Under the pieces are notes generated by a model that ran no database searches, was not told where the DNA came from, and saw only the letters and a list, made by a program, of their open reading frames with translations. Made by a program: the position numbers and the translations under genes. Below are positions 8,669-22,330 of a DNA stretch of 64,000 nt, in pieces; within the stretch, counting starts at the first letter, position 1; each line of letters opens with the position of its first letter. Origin of the DNA: an uncultured Nitrospinota bacterium (GTDB lineage: Bacteria; Tectomicrobia; Entotheonellia; J063; CAVPRW01). Location: contig CAVPRW010000031.1 of assembly GCA_963707985.1 (NCBI GenBank), positions 96,001 through 160,000 of the forward strand, written 5' to 3'.

Positions 8669-11600
8669 CTATGCGTCGATCTGCTGTAATAGCCGGTAGG
8701 CTTGAGCAATATCGAGATCCCCCTGCTGCACCCTCTGGAGTATATTGTCCAGGGTAGGTCTCTGCACTGCGGGCGCCGGTGCCGGTGGCCCTAGCTGGAG
8801 GGCCAGGAAGGCGGCAAAGGCGAAGATGGTTGGGTGGTCGTAGACCGTGGTCACTGTGATATTGATGCCGTATCGAGCGTTGAGCCCCCGCACCCACTCC
8901 GCCGCCACGATCGAATCCAGCCCCATATCGATGAACGGCTTGTCCAGCGCAACTTCCTCCCGCTCCAGGAACAGCGCCTCGGCCAGGCTCGCTGCCAGCG
9001 CTTCACACAGGATTTCCGACGGGATCGTCGCCGGACGTCCGGCGTCCATAGCAGTCGCTGCGGGAGTGGCAACCGGGTCGGGGGTGGGGACCACATGCGG
9101 CTGTGTCATGGTCAAAGGCCGTAGGCCAATACCGCGCGGCTTGGGGCGGGTGATGGTCTCGCCCATGCTTGCGACGCTGGCAAGCGGCATGAGCGTGACT
9201 GTCGCCCGTGGCCGTTCAGCACCGCTCTCTGCGGTCACGGCGTAGCGTAACGGCGGCGAGGCGAGGGGCCGATGCACAGGCTGTGGCAGCGATGCTGGGG
9301 CCGCCTGGGGCAGGAGCGCTGTCCACCGTGGTGTAGCCTCCTCGACATCCGTCGCGGCCGGCTCGGATGTGATCGGTTGAGGCGCAGCGGACTGCCCGGC
9401 GGCAGATGTTTGCGTGCTGCCCCGATCCCAGCCTCCAGGTAACCAGAAGCGTCTCCCGGCAAAGGGATAGCTGGGCAGATCGATGCGCCGGGGCCGGTGT
9501 TCACCGTAGAGCCCGTGCCAGTCAACGTCGAGTCCCTTGGCCCAGAGTCCCAGGATGTCGGTAACCTGGCCCTGTCGGAGCCAGTCCTCGATCCGGTGCG
9601 CAATGCTCTTGTCGGAGGAGAACTCGGCCACTCCCACTTTCTCTACCCGGGCGCACACCAGGCCGTCGATCTCAGGGGCGTCTGCCAAAAACGCTCGGAG
9701 CTTTTCCGCCAGGTCTGCGATCGACGCGGCGGTCATGGCTAGCCGTTCGTCCATAGCTTCCCGCCCCACCTGCAGTGTGTATGCTATGCTGGCGAGATCA
9801 GCATCAGTCAACGGCCGGCACGCGACGGCGTGTAGCAGTTGCTGGGCCCGCGCGCACAGTTCGTCTGCCTTGCGAGCCGACAACACGAAAATGGTTGCGA
9901 GCCGGTCTCGGTTGGCACGGTCGTCGTTTTCTTCGACGACGGTCTCTCCGACCGATTCTCGGTATTCTTCAAGAATGACGTGTGCGTTTGCGCCACCCGC
10001 CCCGAACGAGGAAACCCCTGCGATCCGGCTATATTCCTGCGTGATGCCGTCGATCTCGATGTGAGGTCGCTGCCACACCGCTAGATCGCGCTGGGGTAGG
10101 AACGGCGACTGCGAGAAGTCGATGTTGGGGTTCAACTCATTCACGTGCAGCGTGGGAACGAGCAGCCCATGCTGCATCTGCAGAACCACCTTGGTGAGGC
10201 CGGCAATCCCCGCGGCCGCTTCCAAATGGCCGATATTGGACTTGACTGAGCCAATGGCGCAGAAGCTCGTGTCGCGCGTCCAGGCATGAAATGCCTGGTT
10301 GAGCCCGGTGATCTCAATCGGGTCGCCCAGGTCCGTGCCCGTGCCGTGGGCCTCAATATAACTCACCGCTCGTGCCGGCACACCAGCCTTTTCCAGGGTC
10401 TCGCGGATCAAGGCGCCCTGCGCGTTGGGATTGGGCACCGTATAGCCGTTGGTTTTGCCGTCATGATTGATGCTGGTCGCGCGGATAACCGCATGGATGC
10501 GGTCACCATCCGCGATGGCGCGAGTCAGCGGTTTGAGCAATACCACCCCCACCCCTTCGCCGGGTACATACCCGTTGCCGCCCATGCCAAAGCTCTTGCA
10601 GCGCCCGTCCACGGAAAGCATCCGCTGGTGGCACAGGCCGGTGTAACTGGTAGGATGGAGGTAGAGGTTGACCCCACCTGCGATCGCGAGCTCGCATTCC
10701 CGGCGCAACAGATGCTCGCAAGCCTCGTGAACTGCGGTCAGTGACGAGGAGCACATGGTATCGATCGGCATACTGGGCCCGCAGAGGTTCAGCAGGTAGG
10801 AGACACGGTTGGCCACGGAGCTGAAGGAAGTATGGGGCGAAAATTTTTCGCCGCGCTGCCACATCTCCGGACCGTAGAGGTCGAACCCCGTCTTGGTGAT
10901 GCCTGCGAAGACACCGACCCGGTTGCCGTGGCGTTCCGCCAGCATGGCACGGGTATACCCGGCGTCCTCCAGCACCGCCCAACAGGCTTCAACGAACAGT
11001 CGCTCCTGGGGATCCATGTTGAGGGCTTCACGGGGTGAGAGGTTGAAGAACAGGCAATCGAAATCGGCAAAGTGGTCCACGAAACCGCCCCACTTGCAGT
11101 AGCTCTTACCTTGCGCCACGGCTTCTTCCTTGTCGGGCTGGTAGAATCCCTCGAGGGGCCAACGATCCTCCGGGATTTCCGTGATGCAATCCCTACCGAC
11201 CCTGAGGTTCTCCCAGTATTCTTCCAGGTTTCCAGCCAGCGGATAGCGCCCACTCATACCAATGATGGCGATGGGCTCGCGAGCGGGTGTTGTCTGCCGC
11301 CCGGGGCTCACGAGCATCCGACCCTCTTGTTGGCGTGGGGGATTCGGTATCAGGAGTGCGGGTCCGTTGGGAACGGATGCGGTATTGGCTGGGCCATGTG
11401 CCGGCGGATGGGCGGAGGATAGCGTGCTCCAGCGCAGGCAGGCTGCCGCATGCTCTCTGACCAAATAATCGGCAAGAGCCATCAGAGTCTGGTACTCGTA
11501 GAAGAGGGTCGCGGACAGTTTGCCGAAGACGATAGCCAGTTTTTCGTTGAGCTGTTTAATCATGATCGAATCGATGCCGTAACGCTCCAGTGGCTCTCCA

Positions 11601-14600
11601 GCGTCGACAGAAGTGACGTCCAGCTTGAGGTAGTCGGCCAGCAGCCGTTTCAGTTGGTGGACGGTGTGTTCCCTGAGACGGTCCAGGTCCACATCGGCAA
11701 CGTTCACTAGTTCTCGCTGCTCGTCGGCGACATAGGTCTCAGGGAATAACCGTTCCCGGATGACTGACACGTCTCCCTCGGCCACAAGGACCTGATCCCC
11801 TGCGGTGGCCAAGGCCTGGTATAGGGCACGCAGGCCCGTCGTGGTGCGCAGGGCGATCAGGCCGGTCTTCTGTCGCATGAAGGTTTCCCATGCTTCATCG
11901 CCCCCCACTGTGGCCATGCCCCCCTCACGCCACAGGGGCCAATTGATCGAGAGGGTGCGGCCCCAACGCTGGCCTGCGGCCACGAGACCGTTGCGGTACA
12001 TGGCATACGCGTCCATGAAGGCGTTGGCCGCGGCGTAATCGGCCTGACCTGGGTTGCCGAGGACAGCGGTCATGGAGGAGAAGCACACGAGGAAGTCCAG
12101 GTCCAGGTGCTGGGTCGCCCGATCCAGGTGCACCAGGCCCGCAACTTTAGGGGCGAGCACATCCCACATCTCTTGTGAGGTTTTTTGGCGGATGGCGTTA
12201 TCGCGAATGATGCCAGCGGCGTGGATGATGCCGCTCAGGCCGCCGAACTCGCGCTCGATGTCCCGAATCAGTCCGGTCACAGTCTCACGATTGGTCACAT
12301 CCACCTGGCGATAGACAATACACGTTCCGGATGGTGCGGTGTCATTCAAGAGGGCGAGAGACGGATCCTCACTTCGCGCCGAACGCCCCACGATGACCAG
12401 GTTCACCGCGGCGGTGCGGGCCACGATGTCACGGGCAATTAGGCGTCCCAGGCCGCCCATACCACCGGTGATGAGATAGGTCGCGCCCTGGCGCCAGGGA
12501 GGTGTCGACACGCTAGTGTCAAGGCGCATTGTCATCTGTCGCCAACCAGGCACCCGACGTCGCCCGCCGTCATAACGTACCCGTCTCTCCGACGGTACAC
12601 GACTCTCACGCTCCAGGATCTCAGCAAACGCAGCGGCATCCGTCTCCGGATCCACGGCAATAAGCTGGCCCACCAGCGTGGGGTACTCCAGTCGGGCGGT
12701 TTGCAACAGGCCGGCCAGGCCGGTCAGCAGCCACGCCTCATCGCGGTGAGGAATCACCACCTGGATCAGAGTGGAAATAACACGATCGTCCCCTGTATCG
12801 ACGATGAGGGCCTTGATCTCGGTCAGGATGCGGGCAGCGTAGGATGCAAATCGGGCAGCGATGTCTTGTGCATCATCGTGAAGGAAAAGACAGCGGGTTC
12901 CTGTCAGCCGATTGGCAATGGCGACCTCGACGCCATCCTGGTGGGGCAGATCGCAGAAGATCGCCAGATGGCGGACATGCTCTGGCGGCAAAACCGGTGG
13001 GATAAGGTCCTGCTCGCGCCAGCAGGCCTGGAGCATCAAGGTGCCAACTATCGCTTCTGCGGCTTGCCCGCAGGCAACAGCGGTGTCAGAGGTCAGCGCG
13101 ACAGCTGCTCCACTAACCCAATAGTGTTCGCGGGCAAAGGGGTAGGTGGGCAGGCTTAGGCGTCGCATGCCCGCAGGGAACAGTCGATCCCAGGGCAGCT
13201 CATAACCTTGACAGTAGAGGTCAGCGAGGGCGAACAAGTTCTCTTGATACTGCTCGTGCTCCAAGCAAGGTTGCTCGTTATGCGCCCGGCAGCGGTTGAG
13301 CAGGTCCAGGGCCAACGTCTGAACGGCACGCCGGGCCGTGAAGCCTCGCGGCACCACACCTTGGAAGACATTGGGCCGGCTGGCGTCGGGCGTGTTGACC
13401 ACCTGACGCCAGACCTGGATGGCGTCGTCGCGGTCCTGGATGACAATCGCGCAGCGGTGTCGAAAATGCGAGCGCCCCCCTAGCAGCGTGAAACCGATGC
13501 GTGTCAGGTCAGGCGCCTCGTCACCCTCCAAGAACGTCACCATGTCGCTGATCTTCCGCCGCAGGGCATCCGGGGTTCTTGCCGAAAGCCCCAGGAGATA
13601 AAACGGCGCCAGGATTGGCCCTGGGGCAACCTCTCCATCGTCGGAACGCACGACCATGTGGGCGTTGGTGCCGCTCATGCCGAAGGCGCTGACTGCCCCG
13701 ACGCGTCGTGCACTCGTCCAGGGCCGTCCCTGCTTGTTGACGTAGAACGGGCTGTCCTGCCAGTCGACGTACTCGCTGTCCTGTTCACAATTCAGACTCG
13801 CTGGAATGATCTTGTGGCGTATAGCCTGGACCATGGCGATCAGGCTGACCACACCGGATGCGGCAAAGGTGTGGCCGAAATTGGTTTTGCAGGAGGTGAG
13901 CGCACAATAACCCCGCCCGCGATGGCCACAGCGGCCTATGAAGGCATCTTGGAGCGCCTGGATTTCGACCGGATCGCCCAGGCGTGTGCCCGTGCCATGA
14001 GTGACGATGTACTCGATCTCCGCTGGGTCGATGCGGAAACGTTCATACACGGTGTTGAGTAGGTCAGTCTGGGACACGCCGTTGGGCGCGGTGATGCCAT
14101 TGGTCTTGCCGTCATAGTTGATGCCGCTGCCATCGATCACGGCATAGATAGGATCGCCATCGGCCTCGGCCTGCGACAGGCATTTTAACACAACCACGGC
14201 CACCGCTTCCCCCGGTACCAAACCATTGGCACGCTTGTCAAAGGCGTAACAGTGACCGTCAGTGGATAACATGCCGGCCGCGCTCATGCCCAGGAGCTGA
14301 GCGGGTGTGAGGAGTAGGTGGACGCCAGCGGCGATGGCCGTGGTGCACTCGCCAGCGCGCAGGCTGAGGCAAGCCTGATGCACGGCCACCAAGCCGGAGG
14401 AACAGGCGGTGTCGATGGCCATGTTGGGACCGCGAAGGTTGAGAAAGTACGCCAGCCGGGCGGCCAGGACAGCGTTGTGGCTACCGGTGACGCCAGCGGT
14501 CATGCCGGTGAGCTGCTGGTAATCCCCCTGCTCCACACCAACGAACATGCCGATGCAATTGGCCTCGATCTGTTTCCGGCCGTACCCTGCGTCCTCCAGA

Positions 14601-17600
14601 GCGTTCCATGCCTCCTGGAGCAACAGCCGTTGACGCGGGTCCATGGTTTCCGCTTCCCTGGGAGAGATATCGAAAAACAGTGGATCGAATTCGCGTACGC
14701 CTGGCACACATCCACTCCATTTGCCGTCAGTTTTGCCGGCAGCGGGGTCGCCATAGTAGAGGCGCCAATCAAAGCGGTCCTCGGGCATTTCCATCACGGC
14801 CTCGCGTCCCTGCGCCAGGATGGTCCACATCTCGGAGACGTTGCGTGCTTGTGGGAAGCGCCCACTCATACCGATGATGGCAATAGGTGCGTGGCGTGAG
14901 GTCCCCAGAAGCGCCGCTGCTTCGGGCAGGTGCCGTGTGGATGCCGCAGGTGTGGAAGAAGAGGGTGAGGCAGCCTGAAAGGACACAGACTCACTCGTTC
15001 CTTCCCGGTAAAAGCCATGCATGGCCTGACCATGCATATCCATGAAATATTGACCCAGCATGCCAAGGGTGGGGTAGCCGAAGAACAGCGCCGGTGTGAT
15101 GGCGGCACCGAGCCCGGCGGGTTCGAAGTGTGTGGTGAGGACGTCGGCAAACTCGCTGAGGCTGATCGAGTCAAAACCAAAATCAGCCAGGTTTGCCTCG
15201 GGGTCCAACCTGTGGCGAGGGATCTGTAGAAGCTGGCCCGTCAACTCGGCCAGGTCCGAGGCCACGCATTGGGCCACGGTCAAACCTTTCATGTTGGCTC
15301 GACGTCCCTGGCCCGTGTTACCAAAGAAAGGAATTGAGCCTGGCGCTTTGTCCTTTTCATCAGGGACAGGGTCGTATCTGAAAACACCGGTCCTTGTAGG
15401 CTCTGCCCCACTGGGGCAAGAATACGAAACGGGACGGGTCGATGCTGTAGCGGGGACAGAGTGTTTCCGAGCGAGAAAGCCCCACACCCTCTCCGGCTCA
15501 CCAACCAGGACCAGGTGCTGGGTGTGGTCCTGGCTGAGGATCCGTTCAAAAAGATCGAGGCCCTCTTGCGTTCGTAGCGCTCGTTGTCCGCTCGACTTCA
15601 GGTAGAGGCTCTCGGCCTGCGCGTCACCGTGGAACCCCATGCCGCCGTCTTGCCAAAGAGGCCAGTGGATAGTAATGGCGTGACCTCGGCGCTCGCCCCG
15701 CGCCACTAGTGTATTATGCCGGGCCGCATGGGTCGCCTGGAAACGGCTGGCCACGGCATAATCACAGGCACCAAAGTCTCCAAGAATCGCAGCAGATGAC
15801 GAGAAGTAGCAGATGAAGTCCAGGTTGTCGTCCCGCAGGACCTGGTCCAGAACCAGAGTCCCGGCGATTTTGGGGTTGAGCACCTGTTGGAAGTCGGCGA
15901 TGGACTTTTCGAAGACACTACCCCGGCTCTGGACCCCGGCAGCATGGATGACGCCATGAATGGCATCGAAGTGTTGCCTTGCCCGTTGCAACCCCGCTGT
16001 CATGGCAGCAGCATCGCAGACGTCGGCCTGGATATATAGAACCTTACCGCCAGCGCCCTCCACCTGCTCGATCGCCGCACGCTTCGTGGCGTCGAGGGCG
16101 GAACGACCTGTGAGGATGAGGTTGGCGGCCCTGGTCTCGGCCAGATGGTGCGCGAACATCAGGCCCAACCTGCCGCAACCTCCGGTGATGAGGTACGTCC
16201 CGCCCATGCGCAAGGCCGCGCCATTGTCCTGGACGAGGACGGTAGGCTGGATGCTGCAGCCATAGCGCTGGCCGTTCCGGTAGAGAATGCTTTGGGGGGT
16301 GGCGGTACTCAGCTCGAACCACAGCCGCTCCAGCCATGCCGAAGCACCGCGGTCTCCACTTTCATCCAGGACCACGGACACGCGCGTGTTGGGCGCTACC
16401 AGGCCGAGCGACCGCTCAAAGCCAATCCATGATTCCAGGAAACAGCGGTCGAGGGAATCGGTGTGACAGCGAGCAGCGCACAGGATGCGCTCGATGCTAA
16501 GCGTTGTTTCGGCCATGGCTTGGAGGATATAGACCAAGGGTGCGAAGTTTTGCAGCAGAGCCTCGTCCTCATCGGCCCAGAGGTAAAGCACGGCATCCAC
16601 GTGCGTGCCCTCTTGCCGTAAGCGTTGGAAGATGCGGATGTAGGAAGCTTTTTCGAGGGGATTGACGTGAAATACTGGAGCGTCGGACGAAGCATGCGGG
16701 CATTGCTCGGGTGCGCCGGCATATTGGGCGATGAAGATCAGGCGGCTGCCCGGCACCTTCTGATTGGCCAGTCTCACGCAACACACGTTGGTGGTCCGGA
16801 TCCGAGAGAAAACAAACCAGGGTCTGCGGCCGGATGTGCGTCGGGGCCGGGGCCTGCTCCTCCCAAACTTCTTCAAAGGTCATCAGCTCAAAAGGCTCGA
16901 CGGCCTCCTCCGGGAGGGGTGCGTCCTCGCCCACCATGGCCTCGCGGCCACTTTCCGCAGTCACGTGGGCAACCGCCCGCGCCTCGGCCTCAGCCACGAG
17001 GTTTTCCGCCGCTTCATAACGCTCACGAGCAAAGGGATAGGTCGGCAGATGCAGACGTGGCGGCCGATCCGCGCCGTAGAACAATTGCCAATCGACGACC
17101 TCACCTCGCGTCCACGCCTCGGCCACCTGGTCGAGCGCCCCCTCGCCGATCCAGCGCATCACGAGCTGCTGACTGTCACGGCCCGCGCTGAGGAGGGCTG
17201 CTTGCTTCCCCTGAGGGACCTCTCCATGCCAGCAGCCCTCGATCATTACTCCCCCCTGCGCGAAGGTCATCAGGCGCTGATACAGCTCGGTGATGTCGCG
17301 CCCCAGGAAGACGGCGCGGTACTTCATCGCTTCGCGCCCAACCTGCAGGGTATAGGCCAGTGCTTCCAGGTCGATGGCTGGACCTGCCTCCGCCGGCGCT
17401 TCGGGGGCGTACAGACTCGACAGGGCGTCGCCATGGTGAATTGCCAGGTAATCCAGTACCTCCGCCAGCGAGACACAACGGCTCAGCCCATCGAGGTCGG
17501 CGTCCACCTGCCAGTCCTCCTGGAGCCGCTGGCGCAACGTGACCAGATGGCCCCATTCCATCCCATAATCCGCCAATGACAGACGTACATCGATGTCCTC

Positions 17601-20600
17601 CGGGAGGACCGCCATGATGCTGGCCACCATCGCAGTGAGCTGCTGTTGCAGTGGTGCCACGATGCCAAAATCCCCAATTGGCGCGGCGGCGACCTGAAGG
17701 AAGCGTCCAAGTTTGGCGGCATGGGCGGCCAACGCCGCCTCGGTCTGGGCGGAGAGGGGCACCAGAACGGGCCGATCTCCACGGAGGCGGCGCCCTGAGG
17801 GCGCAGGGATGTATTCTTCGATAACCAGATGGGCATTGGTGCCGCTATGGCCGAAGGAATTGAGGGCAGCCATCAGGGGTGTGCCGTCCGTAGAGCACCA
17901 TTCCCGTGCCTGAGTATTGACGTAAAACGGCGAGCCATCGAACTCGATCAACGGATTCAGCTCGGTGAAGTGCAGCAAACCCGGTAAGCGGTGATGCTGC
18001 ATGGACAGCAAGACCTTGATCAGGCCGATGACGCCGGCGCTGGCGGCGGTATGGCCGATATGAGCTTTCGCACTGCCTATGGCGCAGTAGTGCTGGAGGT
18101 CGGTGAAGCGGCGGAAGGCGCGTACCAGGGCGTTGGCTTCGACAGGATCGCCCAGTTTGGTGCCAGTGCCGTGGGCCTCGACATAGCTGAGGCGCTGCGG
18201 ATCGATGCCGAAGCGCTGGTAAACCGAGGTGATCAAGGCTTCTTGAGCCGAGCCGCTGGGTGCAGTGATGCCATTGCTCGCACCGTCCTGGTTGACGCCC
18301 GAGCCGCAAATCACGCCGTAAATCGGATCACCATCGGCCACGGCATCCGCGAGCCGCTTCAAGACCACCATACCGACGCCCTCGGAGAAGGCCGTTCCGT
18401 CGGCCGCTTGGTCAAACGTGTGACATCTGCCCGTGGGGCTGAGCATATCGATGGCGGACAGACCGATGAGCATGTTCTGCTTCAGCGCGGCGAACACCCC
18501 GCCCGCCAGCGCCAGGTTGGCACTCGCCATGCCTGAGGCTTTCGCAGGCCAGGTGTAGGGCCACACCAGAGGAAGAACAGCCGGTGTTGATCACCATGGC
18601 GGGGCCTTTAAGGTCAAGGTAATAAGACAGGCGTGAAGCGACGATGGCGTCGGAGGAGCCAGTGAAGGATTGGTGGAAATAGCCAGTCGGTTCCGCGCCC
18701 ACGAACACGCCGACCAGGGTGTCTGCGAGGCTTTTGGGGTTGTACCCGGCATCCTCGAGGCACTTCCAGCCTTCCAGGAGGATGAGGCGCTGGTGGGGGC
18801 TCATGGACTCGGCTTCCCGAGGGGAGATGCTGAAGAACAGGGGATCGAAACAGGTGCGTTCGGCCAGGATGCCGCCCCAGCGGCAATAGGTCTTGCCGGG
18901 TGTTTTCATCGGGTCGTAGTAGAGGTCCTGGTTGAGATAGCGGTCAGGCAGCTCGTGAACTCCGTCGACCCCGGTGATCAGGTTCTGCCAGAAGAGGTCG
19001 ACGTTGACAGCGTCGGGAAACTGACCGGACATGCCGATGACCGCGATGCCATTGCCGTCGTCCGCTGTGTCCCGTCGCTGGTCTGCACCGACGCTGTGCC
19101 TAGGCTCCTGGTGTCGAGTGAAAGCCAATGTTTGCCGTTCTGGGGCCTGAGCGACAGGTGCCATGAGGGGGGGGCTTGTTGAGGGACAGGCACGGTCGCT
19201 GCCGCGGCATCTGAGAGCTTGATAAGGTCTCCGTGAGTCCTGACCAGGTGGCGAGCCAACCGGTCTACGCTGGTGTGATCGAAAAGGATCGCCGTGTTGA
19301 GGTTGATCCCGAGCCGATCAGTCAGGTGTTTGACGAACCTGACACCGAGGATGGAGTCCAGGCCATAATCGGAGAAGGGCTTGCGATGATCGATACTGTC
19401 GGCGGAAATCTTGAGGGATAGGGAGAGGCCTTGAAGGATCGTATTGGTCACCAGGTCGGCCACGTCTGCAGTGGCAGGGTTCGATGCGAGCCCGGATGCC
19501 ACCGCCTCCCGTAATACCGGCGAGGCATGAACGGGGTCGATGTCCACACGCGTCGTCCTCAGTGGACACGGCCCGCCCCTGTCGCACCACCCCATCGCTT
19601 TCCGCCACGATAATCTGCTGTCCCAGATCGTGTGCCGTTTCAGCCGGGAACCAGACCGAGCGCAGCCCCTCCTCTTCCAGCACCCGCTGCCATGTGTGCG
19701 GCGACAGTCCCGGATTGCCATGCAGGCGCAGGGCGGGATCATCATACAACCACCAGCCCTCCAATAAGCCGAAGGTCAGATGCACCACCAGCGGTGTGCC
19801 GTTCAATTCGTTGAGCAACATGAGACCATGTTTCTTCAGAGGCGCCTTGGCATTGTGCAGGCTGTTACGGATGTTTTTGGTGGCGTGCAGGACATTGGCT
19901 GCGATGACGAGGTCATAGCGGTCCGCGTCGATGTCTTGACCGTCGATTGGGCGTGAGACGTCGAAGAGCCGCGTGGTCAGGTAGGCATGCCCCAGCGTAT
20001 AGCGTTGCTCTGCGTGCATGAGGAAGGCTTGAGAGAGGTCCGTGTAACAGTACTCGCGGATACGATCGTTGAAGGGCGCCAGTGCCGGCAGAATGGCGGA
20101 TGTGGTGCCGCCGGTACCCGCGCCGATTTCGAGGATACGGATCTCCGCAGACGGATCGCGCGCCAGCCGCTCGCGCACGTAGGCCACGGCCGTGTCCGCC
20201 AGCACGCCGTTGAAATAATCAGCGCCCGCATTCCCCTGATAGACCCCTTCAACCAGGTGCATTGAGCCATTGGGGAAGATCACATCTGTGGCCAGCCGCT
20301 TACCGGTGAGGATCTCCGGCAGCGCGCGCAGGCAGGCCTCCACCAGCACGATCAGTGCCTTTTGACTATCGTCCTGCAACCACGCCGTCTTGTGCTCATC
20401 CCACGCCCGCCAGCAGGCGTCCAGGTCCAGCGGAGTTGGGTCCACCACGGTAAGGGACCGGCCGTCTCTATGGAAAAAATCCTTGAGGACGGCAAGCGAC
20501 GCGGCGAGCCAGCGATCATAGAGCGGCAGCAGGCCAGTGTTTATATGCGGTAACCCGGTTGCCTGGTCCACGGGTATGGGCGTCTGTTCGCGGAACAGGC

Positions 20601-20790
20601 CCACTGCCTGCAAACACCCCCAGAGCAACTGGCGCAGCAACTCCTCCATGGCCATGTTCCGCGCCAATGCTTCGGCTGAACGTAGCGACGCCAGCTGTGC
20701 CTCCCTCGCCGGAAGCCGTGGCGGCAATTGCGCTATACAGGAGGGGATGGTCTGGGGATAGGCGGTCACCCATTGCGTCGCGTTGATGCG
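8669..20790 (-). pseudogene. Trans-AT PKS C-terminal segment: cMT-ACP-KS-(ACP-like)-KR-ACP-KS-KR-ACP-KS-ACP-docking; 5' truncated, about 4 frameshifts
   Basis: MT LEIGAGTGG/AANVLHAT; ACPs GLDSI, GFDSI, GIDSI, GLDSI; KS NTGCSS, DTACSS, DTMCSS with HGTGT; KR GGCGRLG, GGMGGLG; no AT domain; frame changes near 19550, 19170, 18520, 16760. Confidence 0.9.
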
Positions 20791-20819
20791 CAAAATATTG
20801 TGCATTCTATGCGTCTCCA

Positions 20820-21000
20820 GTCCGGCGTGCAGCCAATGCGCTCAAGCATCTCCTCTACACCCAAGAAAACGCTTCGCCGACCGCCGCAGCACTTCTGGGA
20901 TCGTACGACCCCAGCCGGTTCCCTCATCCATCATGTGGAGAATGTCATCATGAGTGTTCGGCACATACTCTTCCACCTGAAAATTCATATTCTTCCTCCA
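20820..21000 (-). pseudogene. Toxin-antitoxin remnants (ParE-like fragment; BrnA-like MEEEYEFSGG start)
   Basis: 20820-20880 resembles ParE DNA at 22481-22545; MEEEYEFSGG follows an RBS near 21010. Confidence 0.45.
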
Positions 21001-21021
21001 TGCATGACCCTCCCCGTCTTG

Positions 21022-21090
21022 CAATAACAGCCCTGCACTTCGCTTCTCCTGCGGCCTCACTTGCCCGGAGAGAGAACTCGCACGTTCGAG
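21022..21090 (-). other. attC-like recombination site
   Basis: Minus strand CTCGAAC...GTTATTG with internal dyad (tctcc/ggaga), followed by RBS and ATG. Confidence 0.4.
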
Positions 21091-21113
21091 CCCCCAAGAC
21101 ACACCCAGCACAC

Positions 21114-21174
21114 CCCCAAAAAGCGTCAGCGGCGCGGCACTCTGCGCTGCATCCCCTAGAGTGCGTGTTAGGAT
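21114..21174 (-). other. Degenerate attC-like site
   Basis: TCCTAAC overlaps the VapC stop codon; core gatgcagcgc...gccgcgccgctga; R' box mutated. Confidence 0.45.
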
Positions 21175-21569
21175 AGAGCCTGCGGGTACGGAAGCAACAC
21201 CAGACCTTCTATGAACCGGTAGTCCCGCTGATTTTTGGTCACCAGCGGACTGTCCACAGTAAGTGCGGTGGCGGCTATGAAGGCATCCGCTATCAGAAGA
21301 CCATGGCTCAACCGATACCGACGCAGGAGGGCGACACTAACATCGGCAATGGCCTCGTTCACAGTGACGATGCTAAACCGACGTAAGAATCGGTCCAAAA
21401 CCCGCAACTCTCGTTTATTACGGCAACCAACCATGAGTTCCATCTGCGTGACCACACTCACTCCAAGGGTGGCCTGTTGCTCCATGTGCTCCAAATAGTC
21501 AATGGCCGCAGTCGCTTTACGGCCAGCATCGATCAAGATATCTGTATCAACGAGAATGAGTTGCGCCAC
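21168..21569 (-). CDS. PIN-domain VapC toxin
   Basis: ILVDTDILID, ELMVG, IADAFIAATA, LVTKNQRDY. Confidence 0.9.
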   Translation of the reverse strand: MAQLILVDTDILIDAGRKATAAIDYLEHMEQQATLGVSVVTQMELMVGCRNKRELRVLDRFLRRFSIVTVNEAIADVSVALLRRYRLSHGLLIADAFIAATALTVDSPLVTKNQRDYRFIEGLVLLPYPQALS

Positions 21570-21570
21570 A

Positions 21571-21810
21571 TCAGCTGCCCCACTCCTGTTGGCGAGCATG
21601 GCGGACCCATGCCGTACTATCGCCCAAATCCTCACGATCTTCCCAGAGTCCAACAAAGGGCTCCTTAGCCAACCTTAACTTCCCTGAACGCTTCGGAAGG
21701 GGAGAGCACTGATAGCGCACATACAAGAAATCAATAAAATCGGCGACTTGCCGTTGTGCTTCAAGTGGTAATGCCTCGAATTGGCGCCGAATACTTTCAA
21801 GATCCATCAT
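21571..21810 (-). CDS. DUF2281-like antitoxin
   Basis: LPLEAQRQVADFIDFL, FVGLWEDREDL; immediately upstream of VapC. Confidence 0.8.
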   Translation of the reverse strand: MMDLESIRRQFEALPLEAQRQVADFIDFLYVRYQCSPLPKRSGKLRLAKEPFVGLWEDREDLGDSTAWVRHARQQEWGS

Positions 21811-22330
21811 AGTACCCTTTAGTTTGCCTAATGAGACGTGTTACTTAACTATTGATGAGGTTAGAAATGTACCACGAAATTACAATCATACCGATAAGCA
21901 TTCGAAACTCCCGAGGTTCCAAACGGTATTCAGACTTCCCAAGGGAAGCTCCATATCGTCTGTAAGCTTGAGATTTCACATTTGCTGACGTCCCAAAACA
22001 TTCCTCACGCGACCAAAGTAGAAAATAATGTCGAATAGATCAATGCAGCTGATTGTTCATGATCTCCAATCAAAATCGGAAGCATGTCATATGCTCTCCG
22101 GGGACAGCGTGCAAGCCTCCAGGGGTAAGCGGGAATAGACTCTGTGCCATCCATGTGGCCCATAGCTTTCGACCTCTTCGCTGCGGGCACTAGGCCAGAG
22201 CGCGCCTCATTATCCGTAGTGACGGCACGTCGCGCTCCGTTTGCACTGAGTGACGAACAAGCGTAAGGCGCTCCCGGTCTGGGAGGGCTATCTTGGTTTC
22301 CCCTTGGCCGTTCCGAGATCACACTCTCGG

